Assembly (NCBI GenBank): GCA_000002435.2
Contig: CM018789.1
Reading direction: 5' to 3' (one strand)
Length of the DNA: 64,000 nt
DNA from: Giardia intestinalis
Taxonomy: Eukaryota
Under the pieces are notes generated by a model, which was not told the origin of the DNA, did not search any database, and saw only the letters and a program-made list of their open reading frames with translations. A program made the translations under genes and the position numbers. Shown piece after piece: positions 8,312 to 17,330 of this stretch; the stretch's first letter is position 1; the number at the start of each line of letters is the position of its first letter.

Positions 8312-11254
8312 TCACGTCCCATCAATCGCCTTATGGGTTTGCATCAAGGTAACCAGCTGAGACGAATGTTGGCCATGAATGTAGATTGCAGCCCCGTCCA
8401 GCCACGCAAAGCCCTGCACCCCTCGTATTGGGCTTACCTGCCCGTTCACTCGCTCCAAGGTCAAAATGGTTCCTAAGGGCACGCTGTACACACAGATGTG
8501 TTTGTCCAAGATGCAGACCAGGATCCAGTCGCTCATTGTGTTAGCAGTAGAGAGGTTCACAAGGCCTATATACGCCTCTCCTTGAGCTAGAGGAACTGTA
8601 ATTGCATCCAGATAATCATAAATAGAAATATCTCTGTCGAGAGATAGAACGTCTCTTTGAAGACAGGCCAGTATTGGGAACTTGTAAATTCTGGCTACCT
8701 TTTTGGAGCCGTGGCTGAGAAGCATTAACCCAAGAGCCAAAGGAGCCTCGTCGTCTAGTCTGCTCACAAGCTGGTACCACTTGAGTTCTTCCTCTGGAAA
8801 GCGCTTTGCAGCAAGAGATTTGTCGACCGACAGGGATGGTATAGAAAGCCCAAACATCTTTCTTTCTCCAATGAATACGATGCAATAGAAGCGCCGCCCA
8901 TGCATTCCGTTCAAAATTGATATCCGCGGATTGGGGTTTCCCCCTATTGTTAGGTATGGCTGAGTGCTCCCCTTGGACTTGCCGATGTCTTGCTCCACAC
9001 AAGGACTTTGCCCTGCGGGCGTCAAGGTCCGCTCATAGTCCCCACACAATTGACAGACTAGCGCTGCACAAAGCTGCTTGTAGATCACCTTGTGTACTCT
9101 ATGCTGTAGCGGCTTTATTTCTTCGTACGACGCCCCTCCATCTGCCAGGTCATGATACAGTTCTATGACACAACAATCTGGAGTAATAAGCGCATAGCTA
9201 CTATTTGAACCAGCGTGAACCATCCGAAGCTGCAGACCTGGGACACGCCTGACGACCACGTCCGTTAAGTCTGTCACCGATAGCAGAAGGCTATTGAGAC
9301 TGCTAGACACCATTGATGTACGCCCCTCTTTGAAGGTACAGCGGCAGAGCAGGATGGTTTCAGAATGCATCATGAGTGAGCATAGAATCATACTGAGCTC
9401 GGGCACGCGCTTGCCGGCATAATCACTCTCCGTGATGTGCGTAGATGCTATTTCAAATTTCGAACAAGGAAGATGAAACGGTAGGGGAAGCCAATACTGA
9501 TCGCATGTTCTGAGATTCGTTATCAGGAGATAGTAGGCTGCTGCAAACAGTGGGCCAAACTCAGACGATGGATGAGAGTAAAGCCACCGCCGCAACAAAC
9601 AACTGGCAAACTCGTGTGCTTCATTAGAGGTGTGAACGGTCACCAGATAGTCGCCATAGACGTAAGTACTTGTCGAGAGTCTAGCTCTCAGATTTGCATA
9701 AAGGTCTCCGACAGAATCACGACTCTTTTGGGCGGCTTCAGTTACATCAAATGGTAGAACCGGCAAGCGCAGCCTTTTCTCTACCAGATGCTTGCCCTTG
9801 TTGTAGTAATTAACAACAGCAGGGAAAATACTACAGAACGGCCTGTCAGGGCCAGCATCCCAATAGAACTCCAACCTTCTGAAGAGATGGTACCTTGAAA
9901 AAGATATCGCCACAAGCTGATCTGCATTTCGTTCTAGATGCGGGCTGGCTCTCAGTTCATACACTGGCCCGTGATCCTTGTTACTATGTAAAAGAAAACT
10001 TTTGTACATGGGAAGAAAAGAGTGTAGCTGCTGAGGTTCTGCATTGATGGCGGGATCAACGCAATGACACGTGATGCCATCGCCATTGTAGCTAATCAAA
10101 ACAGAAAGAGGAAGGTTGTGAGGATTAAAGTCGATCAAATCTAGACGAAATATAACACTTTCTGAAGTGAGGATTCCGGGCAATGTCAACGGAGCCTCAA
10201 CAAACGCAGGGACATTGTGCAGAGGCTCGTTCTTCAGGGTCACCCTCTTGGCACAGAAGACCTTTTGCTGTCTATGATTCAATAGAAGCAGATTCTCTGC
10301 ACACCGCACACAACCAGTGTACTCTGCGCGTGTAGTAAGATAGGCCTCAAGCAGAGTAACAAAGGATACTCCCATTGCACTCCATGTCATGTACAGCAAC
10401 ACACCGGGGCTCCCAACGATAAGATAGTAGTAGATAGGCCCTTTAGACTTTTGATCTTCTAACTCATGACTGCGAAACCTTTCAACCTTCAAGATGGAAA
10501 GTCGCTTGTATTTAATGAAGGCCTCCCGCCACTTGGCATCTTTGGTGCTGTCATAGTAAAGGGTGATGTTGCCCTCGCTTAGTCGCTGGATATATAGAAA
10601 AGAGCCATAGACTGCCACAAGCACGTCCCCTAATTCCTCCATATGTACGGTCATGTGTAGGCCATTTGGACTTCCTAACTCTGATCTTCGGGTGGCAAGG
10701 GTATCATGTAAGAAGTGCGGATGGATGCTCTGCACAACAAGACGTCGCTTGCCTCCCACTGAAACTGTATTACACTGGATGATGGATTGCATTGTCAAAA
10801 GAAACAGTTGCTCGGCACAGGAGGCCACGGACTGGATGCTCATAAGCTTGTCGACGCACTTGAGCCGAGACTCAAAGCAAACATCTTCCCAGTTATTTCC
10901 ACAGATGAGAAGAACCAGGTCGATAATAATGGCTCCCATGTTTTCCTCTACTATCTGGGGAACAGCAGGGTCTTCTTGTTCTTGCATGGAAGGAAAATCT
11001 TGATGAGCGCGTTGGAGCAACTTGCCGTCTTTCCCATCAACAGCCCGATGTTTTAAAGTGCACAGCACACACAGATAGTTGCTGTATCCGTGGATGATAA
11101 GGGATCCTTCAGTTCGCGACCCCAAGTCTACAAGCTGATATCTTGTCGTACTTCCGTCCCAGGTAGCCCACAGAATCACGATTCGTTGTTCAATGGCCAC
11201 TGCCAACACTATAAACCGACCCACCGCCAGTGCAACGTGCTGAGGCACGCTCAT
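8312..11254 (-). CDS. Hypothetical protein, 980 aa, no domain recognised by eye
   Basis: Single 2943-nt ORF. ATG at 11254-11252 with AT-rich upstream (tttttgagaaagttagATG). Other-strand ORFs in this span are short. Confidence 0.55.
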   Translation of the reverse strand: MSVPQHVALAVGRFIVLAVAIEQRIVILWATWDGSTTRYQLVDLGSRTEGSLIIHGYSNYLCVLCTLKHRAVDGKDGKLLQRAHQDFPSMQEQEDPAVPQIVEENMGAIIIDLVLLICGNNWEDVCFESRLKCVDKLMSIQSVASCAEQLFLLTMQSIIQCNTVSVGGKRRLVVQSIHPHFLHDTLATRRSELGSPNGLHMTVHMEELGDVLVAVYGSFLYIQRLSEGNITLYYDSTKDAKWREAFIKYKRLSILKVERFRSHELEDQKSKGPIYYYLIVGSPGVLLYMTWSAMGVSFVTLLEAYLTTRAEYTGCVRCAENLLLLNHRQQKVFCAKRVTLKNEPLHNVPAFVEAPLTLPGILTSESVIFRLDLIDFNPHNLPLSVLISYNGDGITCHCVDPAINAEPQQLHSFLPMYKSFLLHSNKDHGPVYELRASPHLERNADQLVAISFSRYHLFRRLEFYWDAGPDRPFCSIFPAVVNYYNKGKHLVEKRLRLPVLPFDVTEAAQKSRDSVGDLYANLRARLSTSTYVYGDYLVTVHTSNEAHEFASCLLRRWLYSHPSSEFGPLFAAAYYLLITNLRTCDQYWLPLPFHLPCSKFEIASTHITESDYAGKRVPELSMILCSLMMHSETILLCRCTFKEGRTSMVSSSLNSLLLSVTDLTDVVVRRVPGLQLRMVHAGSNSSYALITPDCCVIELYHDLADGGASYEEIKPLQHRVHKVIYKQLCAALVCQLCGDYERTLTPAGQSPCVEQDIGKSKGSTQPYLTIGGNPNPRISILNGMHGRRFYCIVFIGERKMFGLSIPSLSVDKSLAAKRFPEEELKWYQLVSRLDDEAPLALGLMLLSHGSKKVARIYKFPILACLQRDVLSLDRDISIYDYLDAITVPLAQGEAYIGLVNLSTANTMSDWILVCILDKHICVYSVPLGTILTLERVNGQVSPIRGVQGFAWLDGAAIYIHGQHSSQLVTLMQTHKAIDGT

Positions 11255-11610
11255 CTAACTTTCTCAAAAACACATAATGGAACCTCTCTGGTGCCTCGAT
11301 GAAAGAACTAGGCACACAATCGGCTCCAAGAACCATAAAAAGGAGACAACTGGAGCGCGTGCGTTCGAGAAAAGAGAGAGCAAAACTATTTACTCCAACG
11401 TAGTAGCACTTTTGCGGCATAAGTTGCTTTTAGAGGCCACCATACAGTACGGCTCGTTCCACAAAGCAGTCTCAAGTTCTTCGGAATAACGTCGACACCA
11501 TCCGATAGTGATCTTGAAGAAGCTTAGCGAGTCTGGGCCCTTCAATCAATGCTAAAGGGTCACTCGCTAACGGGTGTAACCCAGGAATACCCCAGGTGGC
11601 TGAGGACGCC

Positions 11611-12342
11611 CTAAGGCGAACGCTTCGTTGCCATTGAATAGCTCGGCTCAAAGTATGCCGCAGTGCAGAAGCTGGGTAGGGCGCCGGACGGGTCTGCAGC
11701 AGCCTCAGGAAAGATCAAGCTGCTGTCACAATTAGGACCCTTACCTGGGATTGCTTGGTCCTCAGCGACAGAGTGATCAGGTGGTTGTTTTTCCGCCTTA
11801 GAATCTGGAGCGGTACCCTTGCTGAAATCGAAGTCCAGCTTTATGGTTTTGATCTTCGTATAGATCTTCGTTCGGACCTTGAAAGACTCGTACACGTCGC
11901 GCTTCCAGGCGTCCTTATGCTTGTCGATTTCATCCTGATCAAGGGCCCTCTTCCCGGAATTGTTGTCGTTTTTCTTCTGCCTTTGAAGGCTCAGTATCAT
12001 TCTGTACGTCTTCTTTAGCTGGGCGAGCCTCTTCAAATATGCTCCAACCGCATCCTGAATTAGCGAAAAGTCTGTTTCAACAATTCTTGTGTGCTCTTCG
12101 GCAGCGTTCACAGTGCCGAGGATGGACTTGTAGATGTTGTTTTCCGATGCCGCTGTTGTCTCCGTGAGCATCGGGGCTCGATGCATCTTCAGCATGAGGC
12201 TTCGAAGGCTCTTGACATATCTGCGATAGATGAACTTATACGTTTTTAGGTACTTAACGAACCACGAAAGATTTTTACTGTCGACTTTCGAGGTCTTCAA
12301 GAAGGTCGCGTAGATCTCCTCCACGGACTCCACCTGAATCAT
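11611..12342 (-). CDS. Hypothetical basic, helical protein, 243 aa
   Basis: ORF with an ATG at 12342-12340 and AT-rich upstream (tttataaatagaaaacgATG). Divergent from the GAPDH gene across a 180-bp promoter region. Confidence 0.5.
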   Translation of the reverse strand: MIQVESVEEIYATFLKTSKVDSKNLSWFVKYLKTYKFIYRRYVKSLRSLMLKMHRAPMLTETTAASENNIYKSILGTVNAAEEHTRIVETDFSLIQDAVGAYLKRLAQLKKTYRMILSLQRQKKNDNNSGKRALDQDEIDKHKDAWKRDVYESFKVRTKIYTKIKTIKLDFDFSKGTAPDSKAEKQPPDHSVAEDQAIPGKGPNCDSSLIFPEAAADPSGALPSFCTAAYFEPSYSMATKRSP

Positions 12343-12522
12343 CGTTTTCTATTTATAAACTGCGAACACAACCATCTCATGTGCACAGGCAACGCCTGGC
12401 TAGCACGTAGCAGCGCTCCAGCGTTTCTCTTGGAGAATAGCTTGTCTGCAGTTTACAGGTCAAGGACTTTCAAGAAAACTTATTACACTAAAACAGGTTG
12501 GGGAAATAAACACTCTAATTAG

Positions 12523-13746
12523 ATGTCGGCCCCGAAGCTGGACTTCTATCATCGCAAGGTCCGCATAGGGATCTCCGGCTTCGGTAGGATTGGCCGGTTC
12601 GCCCTTCGCTACGCCCTTACTTGCCCCAACGTGGAGATTGCCGCCATCAACAACAGGAACATGGAGCGTGCCTACTTCCACTACCTGTTTACCCACGATT
12701 CTGTTCACGGCCCTCCCCATGGCTTCACGTGCTCCCTCTCGTGCCCGTGCGGAGAGACAGATTGTAATTGCTCTGGAAACAACAGCGCGGACCACAACCT
12801 TATATGGTTCAATGACAAGCCCGTGTACTTGTTCACTGCCGGCGTGGCCTCGGAGATACCCTGGGAAGTGGCCAAAGTGGATGTGGTCTTGGAGTGCACG
12901 GGGGCGTACCTTACTGTAGAGTCGTGCATGCAGCATATGTCTCGACCGAATACGACCGTGAAGAAGGTCGTGATCTCCGCGCCGTCTAAGGAGAAGACCT
13001 GCCCCACCTTCGTCTACGGGGTCAATCACAAAAAGATCAACGCAGGGAACCACACAAAGTACTCCGTCATCTCTAACGCCTCGTGCACAACAAACTGTCT
13101 TGCTCCTCTAGCAAAGGTTATCCATGAAAACTTCGGAATCAAGCAGGCGCTGATGTCCACCATCCACGCGGTGACTGCGACTCAGCCCGTCACGGACTCC
13201 GTCATGAAGAAGCGCGACTGGAGGAGTGGCCGAGCGTGCTTGAGTAACATCATCCCGGCCTCCACCGGAGCAGCGTCAGCCTTGACGCTTGTTATTCCAG
13301 AGCTTGCAGGCCGCATCACGGGGACGAGCTGGCGGGTTCCTGTCCAGGACGTGTCTGTCGTGGACCTCGTTGTCGAGACGGAGAAGGACACGTCTTATGC
13401 AGAGATATGCGCGGCCGTCAAGCGGGCCTGTGAAACTCCAGACGAGCTCTGCGGCATCATGGCGTACAGAGACGACTTCTGTGTCAGTAGTGACTTTCTG
13501 ACCACCACCACGATATCAAACTTCGACAGCAAGAGCGGCATAGAGCTTCACAGCAGGTTCTTTAAGCTGGTGAGCTGGTATGACAATGAGTGCGGCTATA
13601 GCGCTAAGCTTGTTGACATGGCAGCATACCTTGGGTCTTTCGTTGTGATGGACGAGTGGGCCGCGATAGAGAAGACGAAGGGCCGAGGGCGCACATCTAG
13701 TGTCCTTGGGCGCGATGTCGAGGACGTTGTCGGCTCTTCTAAGTGA
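12523..13746 (+). CDS. gap: Glyceraldehyde-3-phosphate dehydrogenase, divergent paralog carrying a Cys-rich insertion
   Basis: NAD-binding motif KVRIGISGFGRIGR; catalytic-site motif SNASCTTNCLAPLAKV; C-terminal WYDNECGYS. The N-terminal domain hairpin region has an extra ~18 aa rich in Cys (TCSLSCPCGETDCNCSGNN). ATG at 12523. Confidence 0.85.
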   Translation: MSAPKLDFYHRKVRIGISGFGRIGRFALRYALTCPNVEIAAINNRNMERAYFHYLFTHDSVHGPPHGFTCSLSCPCGETDCNCSGNNSADHNLIWFNDKPVYLFTAGVASEIPWEVAKVDVVLECTGAYLTVESCMQHMSRPNTTVKKVVISAPSKEKTCPTFVYGVNHKKINAGNHTKYSVISNASCTTNCLAPLAKVIHENFGIKQALMSTIHAVTATQPVTDSVMKKRDWRSGRACLSNIIPASTGAASALTLVIPELAGRITGTSWRVPVQDVSVVDLVVETEKDTSYAEICAAVKRACETPDELCGIMAYRDDFCVSSDFLTTTTISNFDSKSGIELHSRFFKLVSWYDNECGYSAKLVDMAAYLGSFVVMDEWAAIEKTKGRGRTSSVLGRDVEDVVGSSK

Positions 13747-13758
13747 ATTAGTAGAAGG

Positions 13759-14454
13759 CTACTTTTTGAGGGCTGCCTTGATCTCGGCCTTCGAGACAGC
13801 GATGGGAGGCAAGGATTTCTTCATTTCTGCGTAGGTAGCGGCTGGCAGTCCTTCCTCAAGACCAAGCTGCTCTATGAAAGCTGACGGCTTCAGCCCTGCG
13901 CCTTCCGAAAGAGCGTCGATAAACTCTCGGCACGTCGCACGGCGAGAGGCCCACGCAGTCATTGCATCCTTGTAATCCTTCTGCAGAGTCAGCATGTCTG
14001 CGTCACTAACAATCGCATTGCTCTCGTGTATGAGGCGCAGCTTTTCGTCGTTGGCAGAGACCTGCTGGCGCAGCTCCTGAACCTCCTGTCTGAGGAGATC
14101 GGTGACAGGGGCCGCCTCGAGGTTCTTCTGGGTGATCCTGAGTGTTTCACTCTGCTGCCCAAGCTTTCCAACCTGAGCTCTAAGGTCGTTTATCTGGGCA
14201 TTTATTTCCATGAGCTGCGCGTCCGAAAGAACCTCAAGCAGATTCTGGTTCCACAAGTAGAGTTTCCCTGTTTTGCCTATTTCGGTGTAGATGCACAGGT
14301 TCTGGGCCACGAGCTCGTCCAGAGCCTTTTGCACCGTTGCTTTTCCATATCTGCTCCCTGTATTGTTGATGGCAGTCTGAACGTTCTGAGGCTTATTGGA
14401 GCTCTGCATCAGCTCTTTTACAGCCGCAAGGGCCTCCTTGTACGCAGCGGCCAT
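13759..14454 (-). CDS. HOP2: Hop2/TBPIP homologous-pairing protein 2 (meiotic recombination; partner of Mnd1/Dmc1)
   Basis: An N-terminal winged-helix region (KATVQKALDELVAQNLCIYTEIGKTGKLYLWNQ, compare KAAVVKALDQLAQEGKIKEKTYGKQKIYF in TBPIP), a central coiled coil, and a C-terminal DYKDAMTAWASRRATCREFIDALSEGAGLKPSAFIEQLGLEE (compare CKEWRKRKRMTTELCDAILEGYPKSKKQFFEEVGIE). ATG at 14454 with AT-rich upstream. Confidence 0.7.
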   Translation of the reverse strand: MAAAYKEALAAVKELMQSSNKPQNVQTAINNTGSRYGKATVQKALDELVAQNLCIYTEIGKTGKLYLWNQNLLEVLSDAQLMEINAQINDLRAQVGKLGQQSETLRITQKNLEAAPVTDLLRQEVQELRQQVSANDEKLRLIHESNAIVSDADMLTLQKDYKDAMTAWASRRATCREFIDALSEGAGLKPSAFIEQLGLEEGLPAATYAEMKKSLPPIAVSKAEIKAALKK

Positions 14455-14585
14455 AAAAAGCTATTTTAATTGCATAGAGGACTATCTGCTTTTAAACGGT
14501 AAACAGGAAGCGGCTTTCTCAGGCAAGAGTAATATCAAGCCCAGCTTCGGGATCCACGGGGCATCAAGCGCATGTTCACACGGGC

Positions 14586-15014
14586 ATGTCAGATCCCGCG
14601 AAAACTCGTTCCGGCAAAGCTTATGTTCGCGGAGGGTGTGATAACACTTTCTTATGGACACCTTTAAAACGCCAAACACCAAATTCAGATTTTATTCTAG
14701 AAATACCAATGGTCGTGCTTGTTGTTGAGACCGCGCAGGAGAGCAGGAACCCGATAATGAGCAGCGTGACGGTGGAGCTTACTGATGACAAGGAGGTTAA
14801 GGTCACGCCGAAAGACGGAGAGTCAACTTTACTAAAGGACGTGCAGCTGGTGTCTGCAAGCGATACACAGCTCGTCATCACCGGAACGGACCAGAAGAAC
14901 AACACCCTGAGATATTACACGTTTAAGCATCAGGAGCTCTCGAAGCAGCCCGACTACGACAAATTCAACAGTCTACCCAAGACAGACCCCATCAAGGCGT
15001 TAGAGATGATATAA
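14586..15014 (+). CDS. Small hypothetical protein. The start is uncertain: ATG at 14586 gives 142 aa, but the ATG at 14709 (MVVLVVETAQ...) has the better AT-rich context (ttttattctagaaataccaATG).
   Basis: ORF only; no recognisable domain. Sits in the divergent promoter space next to Hop2. Confidence 0.35.
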   Translation: MSDPAKTRSGKAYVRGGCDNTFLWTPLKRQTPNSDFILEIPMVVLVVETAQESRNPIMSSVTVELTDDKEVKVTPKDGESTLLKDVQLVSASDTQLVITGTDQKNNTLRYYTFKHQELSKQPDYDKFNSLPKTDPIKALEMI

Positions 15015-15103
15015 TTAGGCGGCTAAGTAAATCAAGTGCTTAGGACCCTCAGTGCCGTGACTGTATCAAGGAGCTCCGGGGCAGGGTGGGAGATAGGGTC
15101 GAG

Positions 15104-16330
15104 TTATTCCCTCGCATACTTAGATGGATATCCAGTAGACTGGTCTAGCATGGGCCGCAGAACGCGCTGCTGATTGTACAAGCGGTACCGCGACTCGAGT
15201 GAGTTCCGATCAGTAAGCAAAACTCCGCCTGGCTTTGACAGGTCTATGCACTCGTCCATAGAGATATCCTGCCTATGCTCGTTTGCGTATCTTCTATTAG
15301 ACCTTGTACGAACGGGCTTTGACAAGGAACCCCCGTCTTCGGAGATCAGGTTCATGAGTCCCGAAATGGCATTGCGTGCCAAGTGTTCTGTGTCTGTAGA
15401 AGATGAGTCCGAGGTCTCTGCATCTTGCAAAACGACTGTATCACCATTGGGTGCATAGAACACGGGTGTCTCATCCAAAAGAGATTGCAACCTCCGGGCA
15501 CGTCTCTTTAGTAGAGCCTGGGACCCCAGGAACTTGCCGTAAAATTGAAGCGTTGATAGCCGCGGGCGCGCATCGGCGATTTCGCATGAGTCGGAAGATG
15601 TGTCGATATGGTGCCGGCTGTCTGTCGCAACGACCGGGTGGATGGGCTGCTGAGCTACTACGGGTGTGTCGAAGACAACCTTCTTGTCTCGAGATTGCGC
15701 CCGGACAAGCCGTTGAATAGTCTTCTGGGCATCTCGCCTGGTCGCCTTCTGGGTTCTGGCAGGTTCCCACATGTTGTGGTTGTGCTCTGTGAACGAACCC
15801 CTGCGACTACTAGCCCTGCTACTGCTTCTGCTACTAGCGCTTGTAGGTCTGCTGAGGCCACTAACGAGGTCGTACTTATCACTATTTTTAGGAACACGGC
15901 TTGTTTCTTCTCTGATCCGCCGCACAAGCTCGAATCTCCGTATGTCTTCGTCGTTGTACCACGGAGGATAAGCGATGGAGGGTTCTCGGCCAGCATCTTT
16001 GGTAGTGCTGCTTGCTCGGGAACCCCTGGAGCGGTTGCTGGAGGGCCTGCTGGTCTTTTTGCCATTGCTTTGCACTCGCACACTGGAGGGACTGTGGGAT
16101 CGGGACCGCGAGCCGCTTGCTCGTCGACTGTATCGAGGCATGGGGCGATAATATTCATCTATGAGGCCGTTGAGATAGCGGGGGTTTGGCGTACCCAGCC
16201 TGCTTCCGAATGTACACCCGGCCGTGGAGCGACCGTAAGCAGACGCGTTTCCTCTGCTAAGTACATAGTTGCTAAACATACAGAAGGTTTGTGAATTTTT
16301 GAAACTAATATTCATAGAGGAACGCTTCAT
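15104..16330 (-). CDS. Ser/Arg-rich hypothetical protein (RS-like low-complexity N-terminal half)
   Basis: The ORF-track start at 16348 is a TTG. The first in-frame ATG is at 16330 (..AMKRSS..) and another at 16315. The protein is rich in SRSRSHSPSS / SSRSSSRASSRRGS runs. Its start overlaps the stop of the upstream gene (16305) by about 11-26 bp. Confidence 0.5.
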   Translation of the reverse strand: MKRSSMNISFKNSQTFCMFSNYVLSRGNASAYGRSTAGCTFGSRLGTPNPRYLNGLIDEYYRPMPRYSRRASGSRSRSHSPSSVRVQSNGKKTSRPSSNRSRGSRASSTTKDAGREPSIAYPPWYNDEDIRRFELVRRIREETSRVPKNSDKYDLVSGLSRPTSASSRSSSRASSRRGSFTEHNHNMWEPARTQKATRRDAQKTIQRLVRAQSRDKKVVFDTPVVAQQPIHPVVATDSRHHIDTSSDSCEIADARPRLSTLQFYGKFLGSQALLKRRARRLQSLLDETPVFYAPNGDTVVLQDAETSDSSSTDTEHLARNAISGLMNLISEDGGSLSKPVRTRSNRRYANEHRQDISMDECIDLSKPGGVLLTDRNSLESRYRLYNQQRVLRPMLDQSTGYPSKYARE

Positions 16331-17282
16331 AGCTGGTATCGTGGACAACTATGAACAGAAGGCTGTCCTGAAAGCATCGTCCTGTGTGTGGTGATGTAAG
16401 AAGTTTGTGGGGCATCTTGGCGGCCATTCTAAAGAGAACAGCGAGAGTGGGCGCACGCAACTGTTGAGAAGTCTCAGGTGCCGGTGTAAATTTTAGCGAG
16501 GGTTCTGCAGACCCGTTGATAATGCTCTCTGGTCCACAGGAAGAAAGAAGAGCCAGTATCCAGTTACATGCGTCCTCAGGGGACACTATGCAATCATAAA
16601 CACGCACGGGATAGTTAGTCACCACTTCTGGGAATGCGCTCCCCATGCTGCTCTGCAGTTGCTTGAAGGACTCCTTCCACAAATAGCCGAGGCTGTTGAA
16701 ATGCGTATCAACGCCATTTACAACGATCCTCGATGAAGGAGATAGAACATTCTCCCGCGTGGGAAGCTTCTCCGTCGAGATTAGTACCGTGTTCCGAATA
16801 AGACGCGTGAAAATATCGACGGCGGGAACTATCGGGACTCTGAGACCGCGCAGGCAACTAGGAGAGGCTAACCCAGGAGCGTGGCCCACTTGTAAATCTC
16901 CGTAGATGATTACCCCACGTTCGTCCTTAGGTGCTCGCTGGTGCTTGTTGCGCATGTAACTGAGAGAGATTGCTGTGGCAGATAGGGAGGATGCACCCAA
17001 AATCATCTTCCCGAGGGACGTGATTGTAACACAGTTAGATCCTCCCGCAGGATTCTTGTTGATTATTACGGCTCCCGGGTTCTCTGCGTACTGCCTCCCC
17101 AGCGCAGCTATATCTAGGCTATTAGCAGGATACTCATAGTACGAAAAAGGCGCCGGGGTCTGGCCTGGAGCCTTGTTGAGCAGTGCGCAAGCCCCAGTGA
17201 AAAGAACAAACTTCCCCAGCGTCTTGCGCAGTCGAGCAGGTAGGTCCCCTGCCCCACCGTATCGAATTGAGCGTGCGTGCAT
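16305..17282 (-). CDS. Hypothetical protein (about 325 aa from the internal ATG; 368 aa if the ATG at 17411 is used)
   Basis: The long ORF overlaps the 5' end of the divergent ankyrin gene. The ATG at 17282-17280 (MHARSIRYGGAGDLPARLRK...) has an AT-rich upstream stretch and leaves a 48-bp bidirectional promoter gap, so I prefer it. No confident domain call. Confidence 0.45.
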   Translation of the reverse strand: MHARSIRYGGAGDLPARLRKTLGKFVLFTGACALLNKAPGQTPAPFSYYEYPANSLDIAALGRQYAENPGAVIINKNPAGGSNCVTITSLGKMILGASSLSATAISLSYMRNKHQRAPKDERGVIIYGDLQVGHAPGLASPSCLRGLRVPIVPAVDIFTRLIRNTVLISTEKLPTRENVLSPSSRIVVNGVDTHFNSLGYLWKESFKQLQSSMGSAFPEVVTNYPVRVYDCIVSPEDACNWILALLSSCGPESIINGSAEPSLKFTPAPETSQQLRAPTLAVLFRMAAKMPHKLLTSPHTGRCFQDSLLFIVVHDTSYEAFLYEY

Positions 17283-17330
17283 CTTCTTCGCGGAATACGC
17301 TAGACTTTTAAAGGGGCATCCGCTTAAAAA
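17283..17330. promoter_or_regulatory. Putative short bidirectional AT-rich promoter/initiator region between divergent genes
   Basis: Sequence ...cttcgcggaatacgctagacttttaaaggggcatccgcttaaaaaATG. Giardia-type promoters are short AT-rich elements abutting the ATG; two genes diverge from this 48-bp interval. Confidence 0.4.

Noticed and set aside
12460-13053. 197-aa ORF on the minus strand, fully inside and antisense to the GAPDH CDS. Similar antisense ORFs: 14026-14469 (+) inside Hop2, 15608-16294 (+) and 15658-16158 (-) around the SR-rich gene, and 55089-55508 (+), hydrophobic, antisense to RPL39
   Set aside because: The GAPDH, Hop2 and RPL39 genes on the opposite strand are unambiguous. GC-balanced coding DNA routinely yields long antisense ORFs. 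They have no initiator context and no recognisable protein features, so I treat them as spurious. Giardia does produce antisense transcripts, but that does not make these ORFs coding.
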